A DNA stretch of 63,748 bases, counting the filler, from Kipferlia bialata (taxonomy: Eukaryota), in the NCBI GenBank assembly GCA_003568945.1. It is 5 parts of 4 records of this genome, joined end to end, with 100 filler letters (N's around TTAATTAATTAA, not from the genome) between each part and the next. Parts side by side here need not be neighbours in the genome. Positions count along the whole stretch, not along the records: positions 1 to 16,467 come from BDIP01000603.1; positions 16,568 to 33,010 come from BDIP01000605.1; 3 more parts are not named here. One strand, 5' to 3'. The notes beneath the pieces are model-generated. The model did not search any database. It saw only the letters and a program-made list of their open reading frames with translations, and was not told where the DNA came from. Position numbers and translations under genes: made by a program. Numbering within the stretch: the stretch's first letter is position 1; each line of letters opens with the position of its first letter. Positions 13,503-27,075 of this stretch are shown here, piece after piece.

Positions 13503-15880
13503 ATGCCGTCTCTGACCCTGACCACGTGTCAGGACCCGACCAAGGGCAATGACATTGTGTGCATGGATGAGTTAGGTATGGATAGAGCTAAACTCTCTCT
13601 CTCTCTATATATATACATATATATTGGCACTGACACTAGGGCATGCCCTCCAGATGTGGTACCTGTTACCCACTGTGGGTCTGACAGTAATTGCTCTGTC
13701 CCTACTGATAGTCGGCAAGTGCCGCACCAAGCCGGGTCAGACCCACCCCCTCACCAGTCTCTGCACTGGCCCCCTCCTTCTCTTGGTCTGCTTCCTGGTC
13801 CTCTTTGCCACAGTCAGCCAGAGGCTGTACTTCTATTTCCTCAATGTAGATGGGGTGCAGAAGTTCAAGAACATATCCACAGTCTTTGCCTATGACAAGG
13901 ATGGGCCTGTGTATACATTCATGCTGGCCCTGATACTGGCAGGGGGGGTGCATGCAGCAACATTCCTGATGGACTTGAAGGTGGGTGTACTATGGATATT
14001 ATATGTGGGTAAGAGATGACAAAGCTTAGTATTTGGTGTTGGATCCCCCCCCCCCCCTATTCACCCCCCCTTCCATGTAGGACAAACCACCTCTATTCTC
14101 CCTCTCTGTCTGACTCCAGGCAGATACCCGGACATTACCACACACGCTCTCTAAACTCTATCTACATATCCTCTCTCACCCGCAGTTGAAACCTATACTA
14201 CCTCTATCCTCTCATACACCCTCTATCACCCAGGAACGATTGACTGACATACCCTATACCCTCTCTAAACTACGCAATCTATACAACTACTTCCCCCTCC
14301 CTCTCACCCCCCAGGAGAGACCCATTATCTCTCTCTATATATACTCACATATATATCAGTACCTCTCTCACCCCTTAGGAGAGACCCCGTGTCTCCCCCA
14401 AGGACAAGACCAGGGCCATCAAGTGGGTGTTGGTGCCTGTTATACTGCTGATGTTGCTCAAGGTAGTATACATGTATATATATGGAGATGTGACCTCATA
14501 CTCTCAGTCTTTGACAAGCATATGACTTCTATTTGCCACACACACCTCATCGCACTTCCGGCCCCCTCTCTCCCCCTCTCCCTGCATCTCCCCCACCTCC
14601 AGCTCTTCTGTGTTGTTGAGATCTTCACCCTGAACACTGCATACTGTGACCCTAACAAGCCAGCACCGGAGGAAGCAAGGTACAGTGGCAGTGTGTATTA
14701 TTATGATTTGTACTCAATATATAGATGTATTTATGTACTCATGTGTGTACTGTGTATCGTGTCTGACCCCAGGGAGAGACTGGCTGCATTGATGCCTGGG
14801 GTGGAGGCACATGACCTCATGGGTGAGGAATATACACAAGCACTCTCTCTCTCTACTGCTCTCCCGCCCTCACCCCCCAGCCCTCGACCTATTGCTCTCT
14901 CTCTCCCTCACCCCCCAGCCCTCGACCTTCCTGGGTGCACCCCCGAGCAGATCAAGCAGCAGGACCTGCACTCTAACTGGGTCATACCCCTGGGGGTGGT
15001 GCATGCCGTGGAGGTGGCGTGGTACTGCAGGTGGGTGGGTATATATGTACTATAGACTGATAATTTTTACTACACACTAATTCATACACTCTACTTTTAG
15101 TATTTACTATATATACTATATACTTCTGAAGTGACAATGGTACTACAGGTGTGGATGGACTGTTAGAATAGTCTTTCATCTTTTGCAGACTACACTGTTT
15201 GGGAGATGCCCCATCCCACCCCCAGTGTGCACTGGAGGAACCCCTTCCGCTCCGGTGTGTGGCCCCTTTCCAAGATACAGCCACGGGCGGCCCTCACCAC
15301 CCTAGGCCTATGGGTGCTAGACATGATCATAGCACTTGGGGTGTCAGCGCCATTCTTCTATTGGAGGGAGAAGGATGTGGTACGTAACTCTGCCATACAT
15401 AGACTAGGACACGACATCAGTAGGCATGAGTATATTCACAATATATATCTACCCCTACCCCCAGGAGGCATGGGAGTACCAGACCCTCAGCCTCATGTCG
15501 GAGACCGCGGCCTTTGCAGCACTGACCTTAGTGGCTGTGGGGGCAGTGCCCGCTAAGGTAGGCACTACATATATGTACGACTGTATATACATATATAACT
15601 CTACTATTCATGTATATAAGTGTCCTCCATACTCACCCAGGCCTATGTGTCCCAGACCCTCTCCTTCCTCAACATCACAGACCCAGGCGAGACCACCGTC
15701 ACTGATAACCCACTCAAGGGTGGTACAGGGGGTGCAGCCAATACACCTTCTACCCCAGGGACACCCGTGGATACCTACCAGACCCGGACCTCCCCTGCCA
15801 TGCCACAGAATGGCAAGAATATGCTAGGGGGAAGTGGTCAGGGAGGGCTGAGGGCTTCTAGGGGCAATACTCTAGTATAA
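13503..15880 (+). CDS. Multi-pass membrane protein with ~7 predicted TM helices and a Ser/Thr/Pro-rich C-tail
   Basis: Spliced hydrophobic segments: WYLLPTVGLTVIALSLLIV; GPLLLLVCFLVLFATVSQ; VYTFMLALILAGGVHAATFL; AIKWVLVPVILLMLLKLFCVVEIFTL; WVIPLGVVHAVEVAWYC; AALTTLGLWVLDMIIALGVSAPFF; YQTLSLMSETAAFAALTLVAVGAV. Stop at 15880. Confidence 0.68.
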
Positions 15881-16416
15881 TAGCAAGGGAGATTTGGGTA
15901 GTTGTGTAATATGATGAGAATAGAGGTTTAGACAAAAGGGTTCAGTAAAGAAAAAACCCTACACGCAATGGTATCAGTGTGGGTAACCAGCCATACTACT
16001 CTCTCTAGAGGACTCCTGACCTCTATCGACATCTGGTAGCCGTCAAGGATGTATCTTGGCGTCCTGCTGCTGGTGTGCGTGGTGTGTGTGGTGTGTGTGG
16101 TGTGTGATGAGGTTGTGCCGCTGCAGACCCTGACCCCCAGTACCAACACTGCTGCCGAGGCAGGTATCCACAGGCAGTATAGTATAGTATATACCTCACA
16201 CCTGAATGCCGTGTCACTGCATACATAGTCTGGCCCTTACTTACACCATACTCTACCAGTAATACAGTCTAGACCTCGAGTGGGAGAGTAAATATCACAT
16301 CCTACACGCTTCTCAATTCTTATTATTCGGGTGACCCTCCCCTTAAGGTATGACAGTCTAGTGCACGGGGTCTCTCTCTCTTTACCATAATACATCAACT
16401 AGTAACAGGTTGTTGC

Positions 16417-16467
<51 letters not shown>

Positions 16468-16567
16468 NNNNNNNNNNNNNNNNNNNNNNNNNNNNNNNNN
16501 NNNNNNNNNNNTTAATTAATTAANNNNNNNNNNNNNNNNNNNNNNNNNNNNNNNNNNNNNNNNNNNN
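16468..16567. other. Artificial contig join (100-nt N spacer with TTAATTAATTAA six-frame stop linker)
   Basis: N run containing ttaattaattaa at 16512-16523, preceded by a poly-C tract. Confidence 0.95.
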
Positions 16568-17013
16568 AGAGGGGGTGTAGCTCCCTTCCCCCCCCCCCCC
16601 CCCCCCCCAACCCACCAGGCAGGATTGTCCCAACAGCCTGGGGTATCTGACGACTAATATCTCAGTGAACTCTCTCTCTCTCTCTCTCTCTCTCAGTATA
16701 TATATATATATATATATATATCCATATATACTCTCTATACTATAGACATCTCTGTCTACATATATACTCTGATTATTATAGACAAGGCTTAAACTCCACC
16801 CCCACTCTTGACCTACCTTGTCTCCAGTCAACCCTCTTTCACCCATTCTCTCTCTACTACATATGTATCATTGTATATATGTTGCAACCAATGTATTACC
16901 CACCCCAGCTAGACCTGGCCGGTCTCTCGCCTGGTGACGGAGGCGTAACCCCCTTCCCTCTCTCTATATATATTCTCATATACTCTCAGAGTACTGTATA
17001 TCTAATACCCCAG

Positions 17014-20000
17014 CTAGACCTGACCGGTCTCTCCCTGGGCGATGTAGGTGTCACATCTCTGGCTGAGGTGCTGCCACACATGGGCGTCATATACATGGTA
17101 GGTGTATATAATATACTATATTACCACAGTCCTACTAACCATTGTCACTAGGTATTGTCCCATATACTTAGGACAGGATGAGTATATTATTACAATGCAT
17201 ATGTGCTGCAGGTATAGATCCATTCTATGGCACACCAACACACTAGATACTATTTTACTATCACGTGCATGCTTTCCTCCACAAACACTCACATCTAGCT
17301 ACTCCTGAACGACAATCAAGTCGGAGACGTAGGTAAGGGTGTCCCCAGAAATTGATATATATATATATATATATTTAATTATAATGAATAAGATATATAT
17401 ATAGTATAAGATATATATATTTAATTATAATGAATATTAATTATTGGTAGTATATACATATATGTGTATATATGTGTATGTGCATGTCTCTCCAGACATG
17501 TCGGTCCCGGGTGAGGCCTTTTCCAAGAAATGTACACTAGTAAATGCATATATATATACTTCATATATGTGAATTTGTAAACTCTGCGTCTACCTCCAGG
17601 CCTGTGTGCCCTGTCTGAGACCCACGTATAGTGTATATGCATAAGTCTCTATATATGTATGTGTGTGTGTGTATTATTATTACATATCTCGTTAACAGCC
17701 TAGGCCTGTGTGCCCTGTGTGAGGCCCTGCCCCATGTCCCAGGACTGACCCTGGTACGATGAGGATATACACACGTGTATACATCAATATATGTATATAT
17801 ACACTATATACACACTATTACCATATATATGTATCACATGTCAGGACTGGCCCTGGTACGATGAGAGATATACATACAAGTATATATATATGTATACATG
17901 TATATATATGTATATATATCACACTATATACATATATATGTATCACAGCTCAGGACTGGCCCTGGTACGATGATACGTATACTTCTCCCCCTTTCGCTTG
18001 CATGTAAGTAGACATACATTATAATACATTATTAGTGTAGACATACAATGTATAGACATACACCACTGGTCCTCTCTTGATGTGGATATACAAATATATA
18101 TATATATATATATATATGTGTATACACTATTTACACATATATCACTGTCCCACGTCCCAGCACTGGTCCTGGTATGGTGTATTCGCATATACCTCTCTGT
18201 CTGTCTCAATGAGTTATAACCGGACTCCGTATTATAGTGTAGATGTATGTAGATGTGTGTACGCAAATGTGTATGTGTATACATGGGCATCATCTAACAC
18301 CAGCTGTAATTTGACCGAAACAGTATATATATTGATATAAATATATATATATTGATGTATATATGTATGGATCTATCATCTGACTGAAGCTGTCCCTTGG
18401 CAGAAACAGGATATGCAATGAGGGTGCAGCTGCGCTGGGGAGGGTACTGCCACACATGACTGACATAAGACAGGTTTGGGATACACAGGGTGTATATACA
18501 ATAGTATGTACTATACACACACACATATATATATATTTATAATGAAGGATGACCATCAGTGACATGAGACAGGTGGGGCATACACAGGGTATATACATAC
18601 ATACACTCATATTCAAATGTATGAAGGATGATTACTGTCTTGTATCTGGTTGTATAAAGGACACTCTCATTTTGAGACACCAATATGGATGAATATATGC
18701 AAGTAAATGGGCCTACAGCACCAAATATCCTACGCCCACGCGTATATTGTCTCTCAATGTTACTGCATATACATTTTCGTATTTTGCATATACCATGTAC
18801 TTAACTCCAGGTGCATATGACTGTCTATTATCTTATCATTGTACTGTATACATATATACATATATAGTTGCATATACCATATACCTATACCCAGGTGCAT
18901 GTGACTGTCAACATGTATATATTATATAAACTGTATATGAATATAGGAGTATGTATATCGTGTACCTCATACCAGGTGCATCTGACTGNNNNNNNNNNNN
19001 NNNNNNNNNNNNNNNNNNNNNNNATACCAGGTGCATCTGACTGTCAACAGAGTGGATGACTATGTACATATGACTGTCGACATGTATTTATTATATACTA
19101 TATATGAATATAGGAGTATGTATATCGTGCACCTCATACCAGGTGCATCTGACTGTCAACAGAGTGGATGACTTCGTACATCTGACTGTCAACATGTATA
19201 TATACCCTTCTAACCCCAGGTGCATCTGACTGTCAACAGAGTGGATGACACAGGGGCAGAGTCACTGGCAGAGGGCATATGCCAGATGCCAGGGGAGAGC
19301 CCGGTATGTATACATAGTAGATATATAGGTATATAGATATACAGTGGTTATATAGATATATAATATCACCTGTGCCTCTATAGAGAGGGCATATGCCAGA
19401 TGCGAGGGGAGAGCCCGGTATGTATACATCATATGGTTATACATGCTATATATATACTGCATATGTGTGTACAGCATTTGTATATACCTCTTATGTGTGT
19501 GTGGTAGAAGTGCCAACACTATATACAGTTTTACATATCTACAGTTGAGTCCAGTTTCTTTTGCATATCCTATCTCTAACCATACAGTTCAACCTGCTAG
19601 ACATCGGCTACAACTGCATTGGGGACGATGGTGTGCCACCCCTGGTCCGGTGTCTGTGGCACAGGGACGACTTGGAGGTTAGCAAACAATACTAATATAT
19701 AGTTTATAGCATAGGTTCAGGACTGCATAAGTTTATATTACGCTCTAGATATGTGTCTGTGGCACAGGGACGACCTGGAGGTTAGTATAGTGTACTGTAT
19801 TGCGTTATGTAACGATATATATATAGTATACTATATATATACAACGATATCACAGATCAAGGAGGCAAGATGGAGGACCTTGACGATTAGTTTGTCATTA
19901 TAATCCTTTGCTGCAATACTCACCCTCAGATCCATCTGCGGGGTGGGTATATCATATATGTACTTATGACACCTTGGTATGTGTATGCGAGGATATAGCA

Positions 20001-23000
20001 ATGTGTTCTGACCCTCAGATCCATCTGCGGGGTGGATATACTACCCCTGAGGGGAGGTTGATACTCGAACACACACTCCAGGAGCGAGAGGTATACACTT
20101 ATACTCTAACACTGCTGTTAATGTGAAGATGTAGCTATGTATCCTATTACTCTTGATATAGTAGCAAACATTTATGACTTCGTGTTATAATAGTATACCA
20201 TTGTACGTCGTCCTATACCTGCTGAATGGATAGTTAAATTGAGTTATATGTTATATGTATTGTGCTGTGATAGAAGAGACACCAGCGTTTCAAATAGCAG
20301 TTGCATTATCAATATCATTGACACCCACCCCAGGAGGACAAGGCCCTTAGGGCAGAGATCAATTGGTTTCATTAAGACTATATATACATATATATGTATA
20401 TATATGTGCCAGTGTATATATATCAACCCCAGGAGGACAAGGCCCATAGGGCAGAGACAGAGAGACGCATAGCAGCATGGGCTGAGGGGTGCACGGTGGA
20501 CAAGTGAGTATATATAGTAGTTCGTCTTTATATGGATACAATATTTCTTTTCAATATATATATAGTAGTAGAATATATATGACCATCAATACCTGTATAT
20601 GTAAAGAAGGGTGATGTACTAGACTGCCTTCTGAGAAGGCCCTTCTCACATTAGGGTTGTGAAGGGGGTTGAGGCCTGTAGGAGGACTGGGGGAACAAAG
20701 GTAAGGACAGGGCTCGCTCCAAACCAGACATAGGAGAGAGTGCTCCACTTGGACTTATTGACCTCTCTCTCTCCCTCTTACTGTATATATACTATCACAG
20801 AAATTTGGAACACGTTATTAATTGTAGGTTAGTTGCTTGATTAGTGTTAGCTAACCCCAGCTCTCTGTCATCTACAAGGACATTTACGGACCTCTCTCTC
20901 TCTATGGGAGTATACAGATACATGAGTATCATTGAGAATATTTGATTACCCCACGCCTACCCCAGCTCTCTGTCATGTACAAGGACATTGGCCCCGAGGG
21001 TGTGTCTGCACTGGCACAGGTACTGGCACTGCTGCCAGACTTGAGGACGGTACGGTGCTTGTATGCTATACTCTTATCTTCACTCTTATTTGTGAGTGTA
21101 TCATTCACATGTGAGAGTTCTACGTGGTTCTGCTATGTACTTCTGTCTACTATTATCTACTGTCAGACATCTGTCATCTATTACCCCTTCTCCTTGTGTT
21201 CTTCTGTAAATTCATTTCTTCTGACATAAAACTCAGGACTAACTATTTCCTTACTCATCTCTCTTTCTCTACTATCCTTAGTTACAATTCACTATGTTTC
21301 CTTTTCACTTCTTCGTCGTGTCTCGATGTAGATACCACTGTCTCCTAAATGCAGCTCTATCTGCGTAACAACCGCATTGGCGACATTGGTGTCTCATCCC
21401 TGGCACAGGCACTGCCAGTCATGGGGCTTTTGACAGAGGTAAGTGAATATATATATGCATATAATATATGCATCTACATTCATATATCAATATGTTGTCA
21501 TGGGGCACTTGACAGATATATAGTAATCAAGTTGACTAGTGAAATACATATATAGAGAGAGAGCATATGTATGATGAGAGGGTATATGAATAGGTATTTT
21601 GTATTCAGGCACTCCCAGTCATGGGGCACTTGACAGAGGTATACATAGTAGAGCGTCTACATATTGAGAGAGGATATATATGGTTTGTATATATATAGGC
21701 ACTGCCAGTGAATACACACTTGCAAGAGGTGGGTATCTGTTATAATCTCTCTGTATATGCTGTGTATATGTATACCCGCTAGAATATTCACACAGTAGAA
21801 TCGAAGTATACCCAATGTGTAAACAGTCATTAAATACATGCTTCCAAACTATATGTGTATTTGTATAGCCGCATTTACCCTCTCAGTGTGTCTGTATACA
21901 TAGCTATATGTGTATCTGCATAGTCCTGACTCAGCTTGACCTCATCTCCAACCGCATATATGGGAATGTGTAAACATTGACGCATATAGTCTCTCTCTCT
22001 ATATATATATGTATATCATTCTGACCCAGCTTGACCTCATCTCCAACGGCATAGGTGATGCTGGCATGGCTGCACTATCTATGGTACTACCCAAGCTCAA
22101 GGGACTCAGACAGGTATATAGGGTGGCATATAGCATATACTATATACTATATCATACCTTCTATACTACTGCTCTGTCCATGGTATTACCCAAGCTCAAG
22201 GGACTCAGACAGGTATGGGTATTGGATGATATGACATATATACTACTCTGTATGCTATAATATATATACTAGTGTGACGAGTTGCCTAAGCGCAAGGGGT
22301 ATAGACAGGTATATACGGTGGCATATAGCATACTATGTACTATAACCAATTAACTCAGACAAGTGTTAGTATTAATATGTGCTTAAGTCAGCGAATGCAG
22401 TATAGTAATTCTATATATTCTTTATCGTCTCTGTCCCTAGCTGAAGAGACTCAGCCAGGAATGGGTGGAAGTGTATGTACTATAGTCAACTCACACTATT
22501 TAGTGTCAGTACGTATGGGAATACTGAATATCTCATGAATATCTCTATCCGTCAGTATACATATACCTCACCACAGCCCCACCTTGCAATGACATTGGAG
22601 ACCTTGACTATATATTATATATATAATAGTAACAATATAGTAATGTATATACAAATTTATATATATTCCTCATCTTAGCTCCACCTGGCCGGCAATGACA
22701 TTGGGGACCTGGGTGCCACCATGCTGGCACAGGCACTGACACAGATGGAGAGCATATCTATAGTACGTGTGTAGAGTGTAACTGCAGAATGTACAATCGT
22801 ATATACTATGTATACATCTATGCTGGCACAGGCACTGAGGCAGATGGAGAGCATATCAACGGTGTATAAACTGCTATATACTATGTACTATGTAGATTCC
22901 TATTAGTTTGTTCGGATCATGGGTGAAACGGGTCACTATATGTATATAGAGAACTATTGTCAAGTGATTAACCCACAGCTTCGGTCTGTGTATTGAGTGT

Positions 23001-23855
23001 TAACTGTATATTAACCTCAGCTTCGGCTTCACAACCTATATATAGATAACTACTGTCATGTGACTTACCCCCAGCTCCGTCTGCACCATATATATAGATA
23101 ATATATATATAGAGATAATATATATAGATAGACAATATATATAGATAGTAGATAATATATATATAATAATAGTAATAGTATGTATTGACTTACCCCCAGC
23201 TCCGTCTGCACAACAACTCCATCGGAGAGTCAGGGGCTCAGGCACTACTGAGTGCACTGACAGACACAACAACAGTGACTGAGGTATACTATATAATATA
23301 TACATGCAGGGTACTATATATGTATAGGGGGAGAGAGGTGAAAGAGACAGGCACTGGCAGACAGTGACTGAGGTATGTGTGCCCATACAGTAGCAACGTG
23401 TGCATATGTATATATATTGTAGTACAGAGATGTGCCCGTCATACAAATATGATACCCATGATATATCTATGTGATATTCCAATAGGATATACCTGTTTGG
23501 CACTCCTCTTAATGGCTATGACGTTTCATGTTATGTGCTCCGTATGTCATATATCCCAAGGGTCTCAGAGCTCTTCATTCTATTTCTGCTGACATGTCTT
23601 TCTCCTCTACCCCGAATCTACGTATGCTAGTGTGCCATGCCTCATGACGACTGACACCAGGTCCAGTTCGCTGGAAACCCAGTGTCAGCAGAGACAATTG
23701 AGGCAATCGAGGCCGTGGTCCGCGATAGAGATACTACTAGAGAGGGAGAGAGAGAAGCAGTAGTGCCCTCTAACAAGGTTTCGCATGCGAGGAGAGTGGG
23801 TGGGGGACAGGGTACGGGAGGGAATCCTGTGAACAGGTTCGCCCACCTACTATAA
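17014..23855 (+). CDS. Ribonuclease-inhibitor-like (RI/NLRC3-type) leucine-rich repeat protein; 5' end missing at the contig edge
   Basis: 28-aa repeats LxLxxNxIGDxGxxxLAxxL on 84-nt phase-0 exons (17014-17097, 18390-18473, 20966-21049, 21355-21438, 22030-22113, 22679-22762, 23200-23283). The last exon VQFAGNPVSAETIEAIE...FAHLL ends at TAA 23855. Confidence 0.88.
17740..18180 (+). repeat. Tandem ~105-bp repeats each carrying a copy of an exon end plus donor site (caggactggccctg|gtacgatga)
   Basis: Functional copy ends at 17753; further copies near 17842 and 17951, with degenerate ones near 18065 and 18157. Confidence 0.85.
18807..19250 (+). repeat. Tandem repeats each carrying an acceptor plus exon start (ccag|gtgcatctgactgtcaacagagtggatga)
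   Basis: Copies near 18807, 18891, 18972, 19027 and 19139, with the functional copy near 19216. A 35-N gap (18989-19023) falls inside the array. Confidence 0.85.
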
Positions 23856-24157
23856 TGAGACGATCAGAGAGTTTCTGGGTATAAATTGCTGTTCATACCT
23901 ATGTATATATTTGTTTGTTGACAACAATTGTCGAGATATTATGCTGACTTAACGTTGTCATGTGTCATCTTATGTATGGTATAGAACGGTACCTTCTGAG
24001 TCCCAACATCTAACATGACTTCCAGCATTCCACACAATTATCTATTCTGTCCTGCCCTGTGACATGAGAGTCGGCATGTATACACACCTCACTCACTAGT
24101 CACGCGCATATTACACATTCTCTCTCTCTCTTCCCCTCGCTACACCTTCAATCTCCT

Positions 24158-24600
24158 CTAGAGCGTAGGCTGCACAGGCCACTCTGCAATGCCGCAGGCG
24201 TTGGTGCCACGGACAATGCGGAAGAAACCATCTTCACCTGGTATTAGGTATCCACTAAAACATGTCTAATACAGACTGTATTGCCCTGTCACCTATAGCG
24301 GCCAGATAGTACCATATATATAGAGGCGTGTGTGCACAACTCACCCCAGGATGTTCCCCATGAGTTCTTGGCCCTCCAGAAGTCTAGGCCGGTCTGGGGA
24401 TCAGAGGCTGTGATGTACAGAGGAATATATACTCACAAGAGGAATCTAGGTATATATGTACTCATACCAGGTCGTTCGATCCTCATGAGTCAGGTACACG
24501 TAAAGTGTATGTAAATTTGTGTTAACAGTGTATACCTGGTCGTCGTGTCCGTATCCCACCAGGAGCACAGTGTGGTGTATATATGGTGTGTAAATATATA

Positions 24601-24646
<46 letters not shown>

Positions 24647-27075
24647 CTGTATAATATACCTGGTCGTCGTGTCCGTATCCCACCAGGAGCACAGTGGTGT
24701 CGAGCATGTAGGGGGAGCAGAACTTGGGGTTCATGATACCACGGTGGTAGGTCTGGGGTGAGTAAGGTGTGAGACACATAAGCATATACGGTATATCAGT
24801 ATAGAATCTATACTATAGATACTGCAAGGTTCATGTTATCTGGTCGCATATTTACGGTATACATACACACCCCACCTGCATGGGAGTGGCGTTCATGGCC
24901 ACTGTGATGGGGCCTGTGGTGTACAGAGCCTCGGCAATGGTCTCCTCATTAGACTCGATGTCAGCCCAACCGGTGGGCTGGAAGGCAACCTTAGATAAGT
25001 ATATATATAGGGAGAGACAGAGAGAGAGAGAGCTTGTCCAACCGGTGGGGTGGAAGGCAACCTGAGGGGTAAGCATAGCGAGAGAGAGGGAGAGTGAGAT
25101 GAAACACATGTCAGTGAGGCACTATGATGTTCCATTTTAGAGGGAGACACGATAATTGAACTCATGTATACTATACACAAATATCCTACCTTGTCAGCCT
25201 TGTACTTGCATCTGCTATACTAACAGGACAATACTATGATATTCATGTACAACACACTATGAAGTATATGTTCAATAGCATAATTGTATCAGCTCTCTAT
25301 GTGTACCTTGTTAGCCTTGTACTTGCATCTCCCGTCCTTGGCCACGTAGGGGTAGTCGGCCTCAAGCTCGAGGCCCTGCAATCAGCAATATATTGTATAC
25401 CATAAACGACACATACACATTAGAATTGATGAATACCCATATATACAGTCGGACTCAAGCTCGAGGCCCTTGGGTTAGGGCCGGCGCCAGTGAATACCAA
25501 ATATATCAACACCTCCACACAATCAGTTGCAAATACGTAATTCAATATGAATGGTAATAGTATATGACCATCGTCCTACCTTTTCAAGAAACTGTAAGTA
25601 TATATCCACAGAATGAATATGGTCCATACCTTGTCCACTGCGTACTGGGCGGCAGTGTCGGGGTCACCTCCCTGGAGGGTGAGTCACTCACATGCGAAAC
25701 CATCACTCAGAAGGGGGAGAGAGTAGGAACAGAGTCACTCAATGCCGACATCATAGCCCCAACACTATAAACAACAAGATCTTATACATATATACACTTA
25801 CTATACCTCACATCCGGCATCCGCGGTGTCACAGTCTATCATCTGCTGTCTGGACAGACTGACCAGGGGGTTGCCCTGGGGGTTAGAACTCCATACACTG
25901 TAGACATGAAACCAGTAGATACTTGGCACACTATTCTATACTTGTCACAGATACTTGCCACACACCTTGATGGCGTTGTTGGACTCGAAGGCTGCGACTG
26001 TGGAGAAGGCCCAGCAGGCACCGCACTGCAGCTCATTCTCAGGGGGGGTGACCTTGCCCTATACGTGAGATACGGATGGTGTGCTTGTAACCCTAGCCTA
26101 TTATGCACATATGTAGATGTGTTGACATGTAATATATATATATACTACAGTGTATGTACCTGGTCGTCCCAGTCCCATGCACTGGGGTATCCAGCACCGG
26201 ATGCACTGACAGTGGAGGTGGGCAGGGTCTTGTTGACCTGGGGGTAAGGGTGTGGGGAGTATATATCCGTCTGCTATGTAAATAGGGTTAGAGCATTAGT
26301 CTATCAGGCCTCTGATCCGGAGAGAGAGAGAGAGAGAGAGAGACGTAACCTGGAGTTTGGGTATATGGTGATGCATACCATGGTACAAGAAGTCAAATAG
26401 CCAGGTAGGGGATGTTGTCTTGTCATCTCTGATACGGAGGGAGATATATATATATATATATATATATACCTGCATGGGTCTGAGGTATGTCACTGCAAAC
26501 TCCTCCTCGGTCATGTCCATGAAGGGAGAGTCGCCTGGGTGTGAGGTGTATTTGTTAGAAGAGACAGAGACAGATACTGATACAGAGGGTTGAACAGCAC
26601 AACACAGTCGGGTGAGGGCGTTCATGACGAACCGATGACACAGACATATATAGAACATGTCATGCTACATGGAGAGCTAGGGGTATGGAAGCTAGGGGGA
26701 GAGAGAGTGATGGGACCTACCGTACACGGCGGACTTGTCGAGCTTGTTGAGGAGGCGTGCGACACGGAGGGTGTCGCGGAAGGAGGCATAGCGACGGCTC
26801 TCCTACTGATAAGAAAGATAGGTATAGGATATGCGTACTACGCATTGCGTAGGATATATATAAGACAGGTTAGAGAGGCTCTAAAGACAGGAGGGGAGGT
26901 AAAGGAGCAGTGATAATCCACAATGACGTGTTAGAAAGGTGTTAAGAAGCACAGAAGACCCTACCTCGGCCTCAGAGGCGTAGTTCTTGTTGTACTTCTG
27001 CCTGAATGATGCAAAGTCAGCGGCATCACTGCACAGGACAGCCGTTACAACCACTAAGGCAATAAGCAGCTTCAT
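24158..27075 (-). CDS. Papain-family (C1A) cathepsin L/F-like cysteine peptidase homolog with signal peptide and I29 propeptide; catalytic His absent
   Basis: [15 protein letters not shown] signal; [18 protein letters not shown]-like [25 protein letters not shown]; mature region [82 protein letters not shown]. Confidence 0.93.

Noticed and set aside
15928..16230. Minus-strand ORF with HTT repeats
   Set aside because: Driven by a short (GGTGTGTGT)n repeat next to a contig end; no supportable gene model.
16512..16523. Palindromic TTAATTAATTAA inside N runs (also 33055, 49594, 58429)
   Set aside because: Identical linker centred in 100-nt N spacers with stops in all six frames. This is an assembly or concatenation artefact, not a biological motif such as a piggyBac TTAA site.
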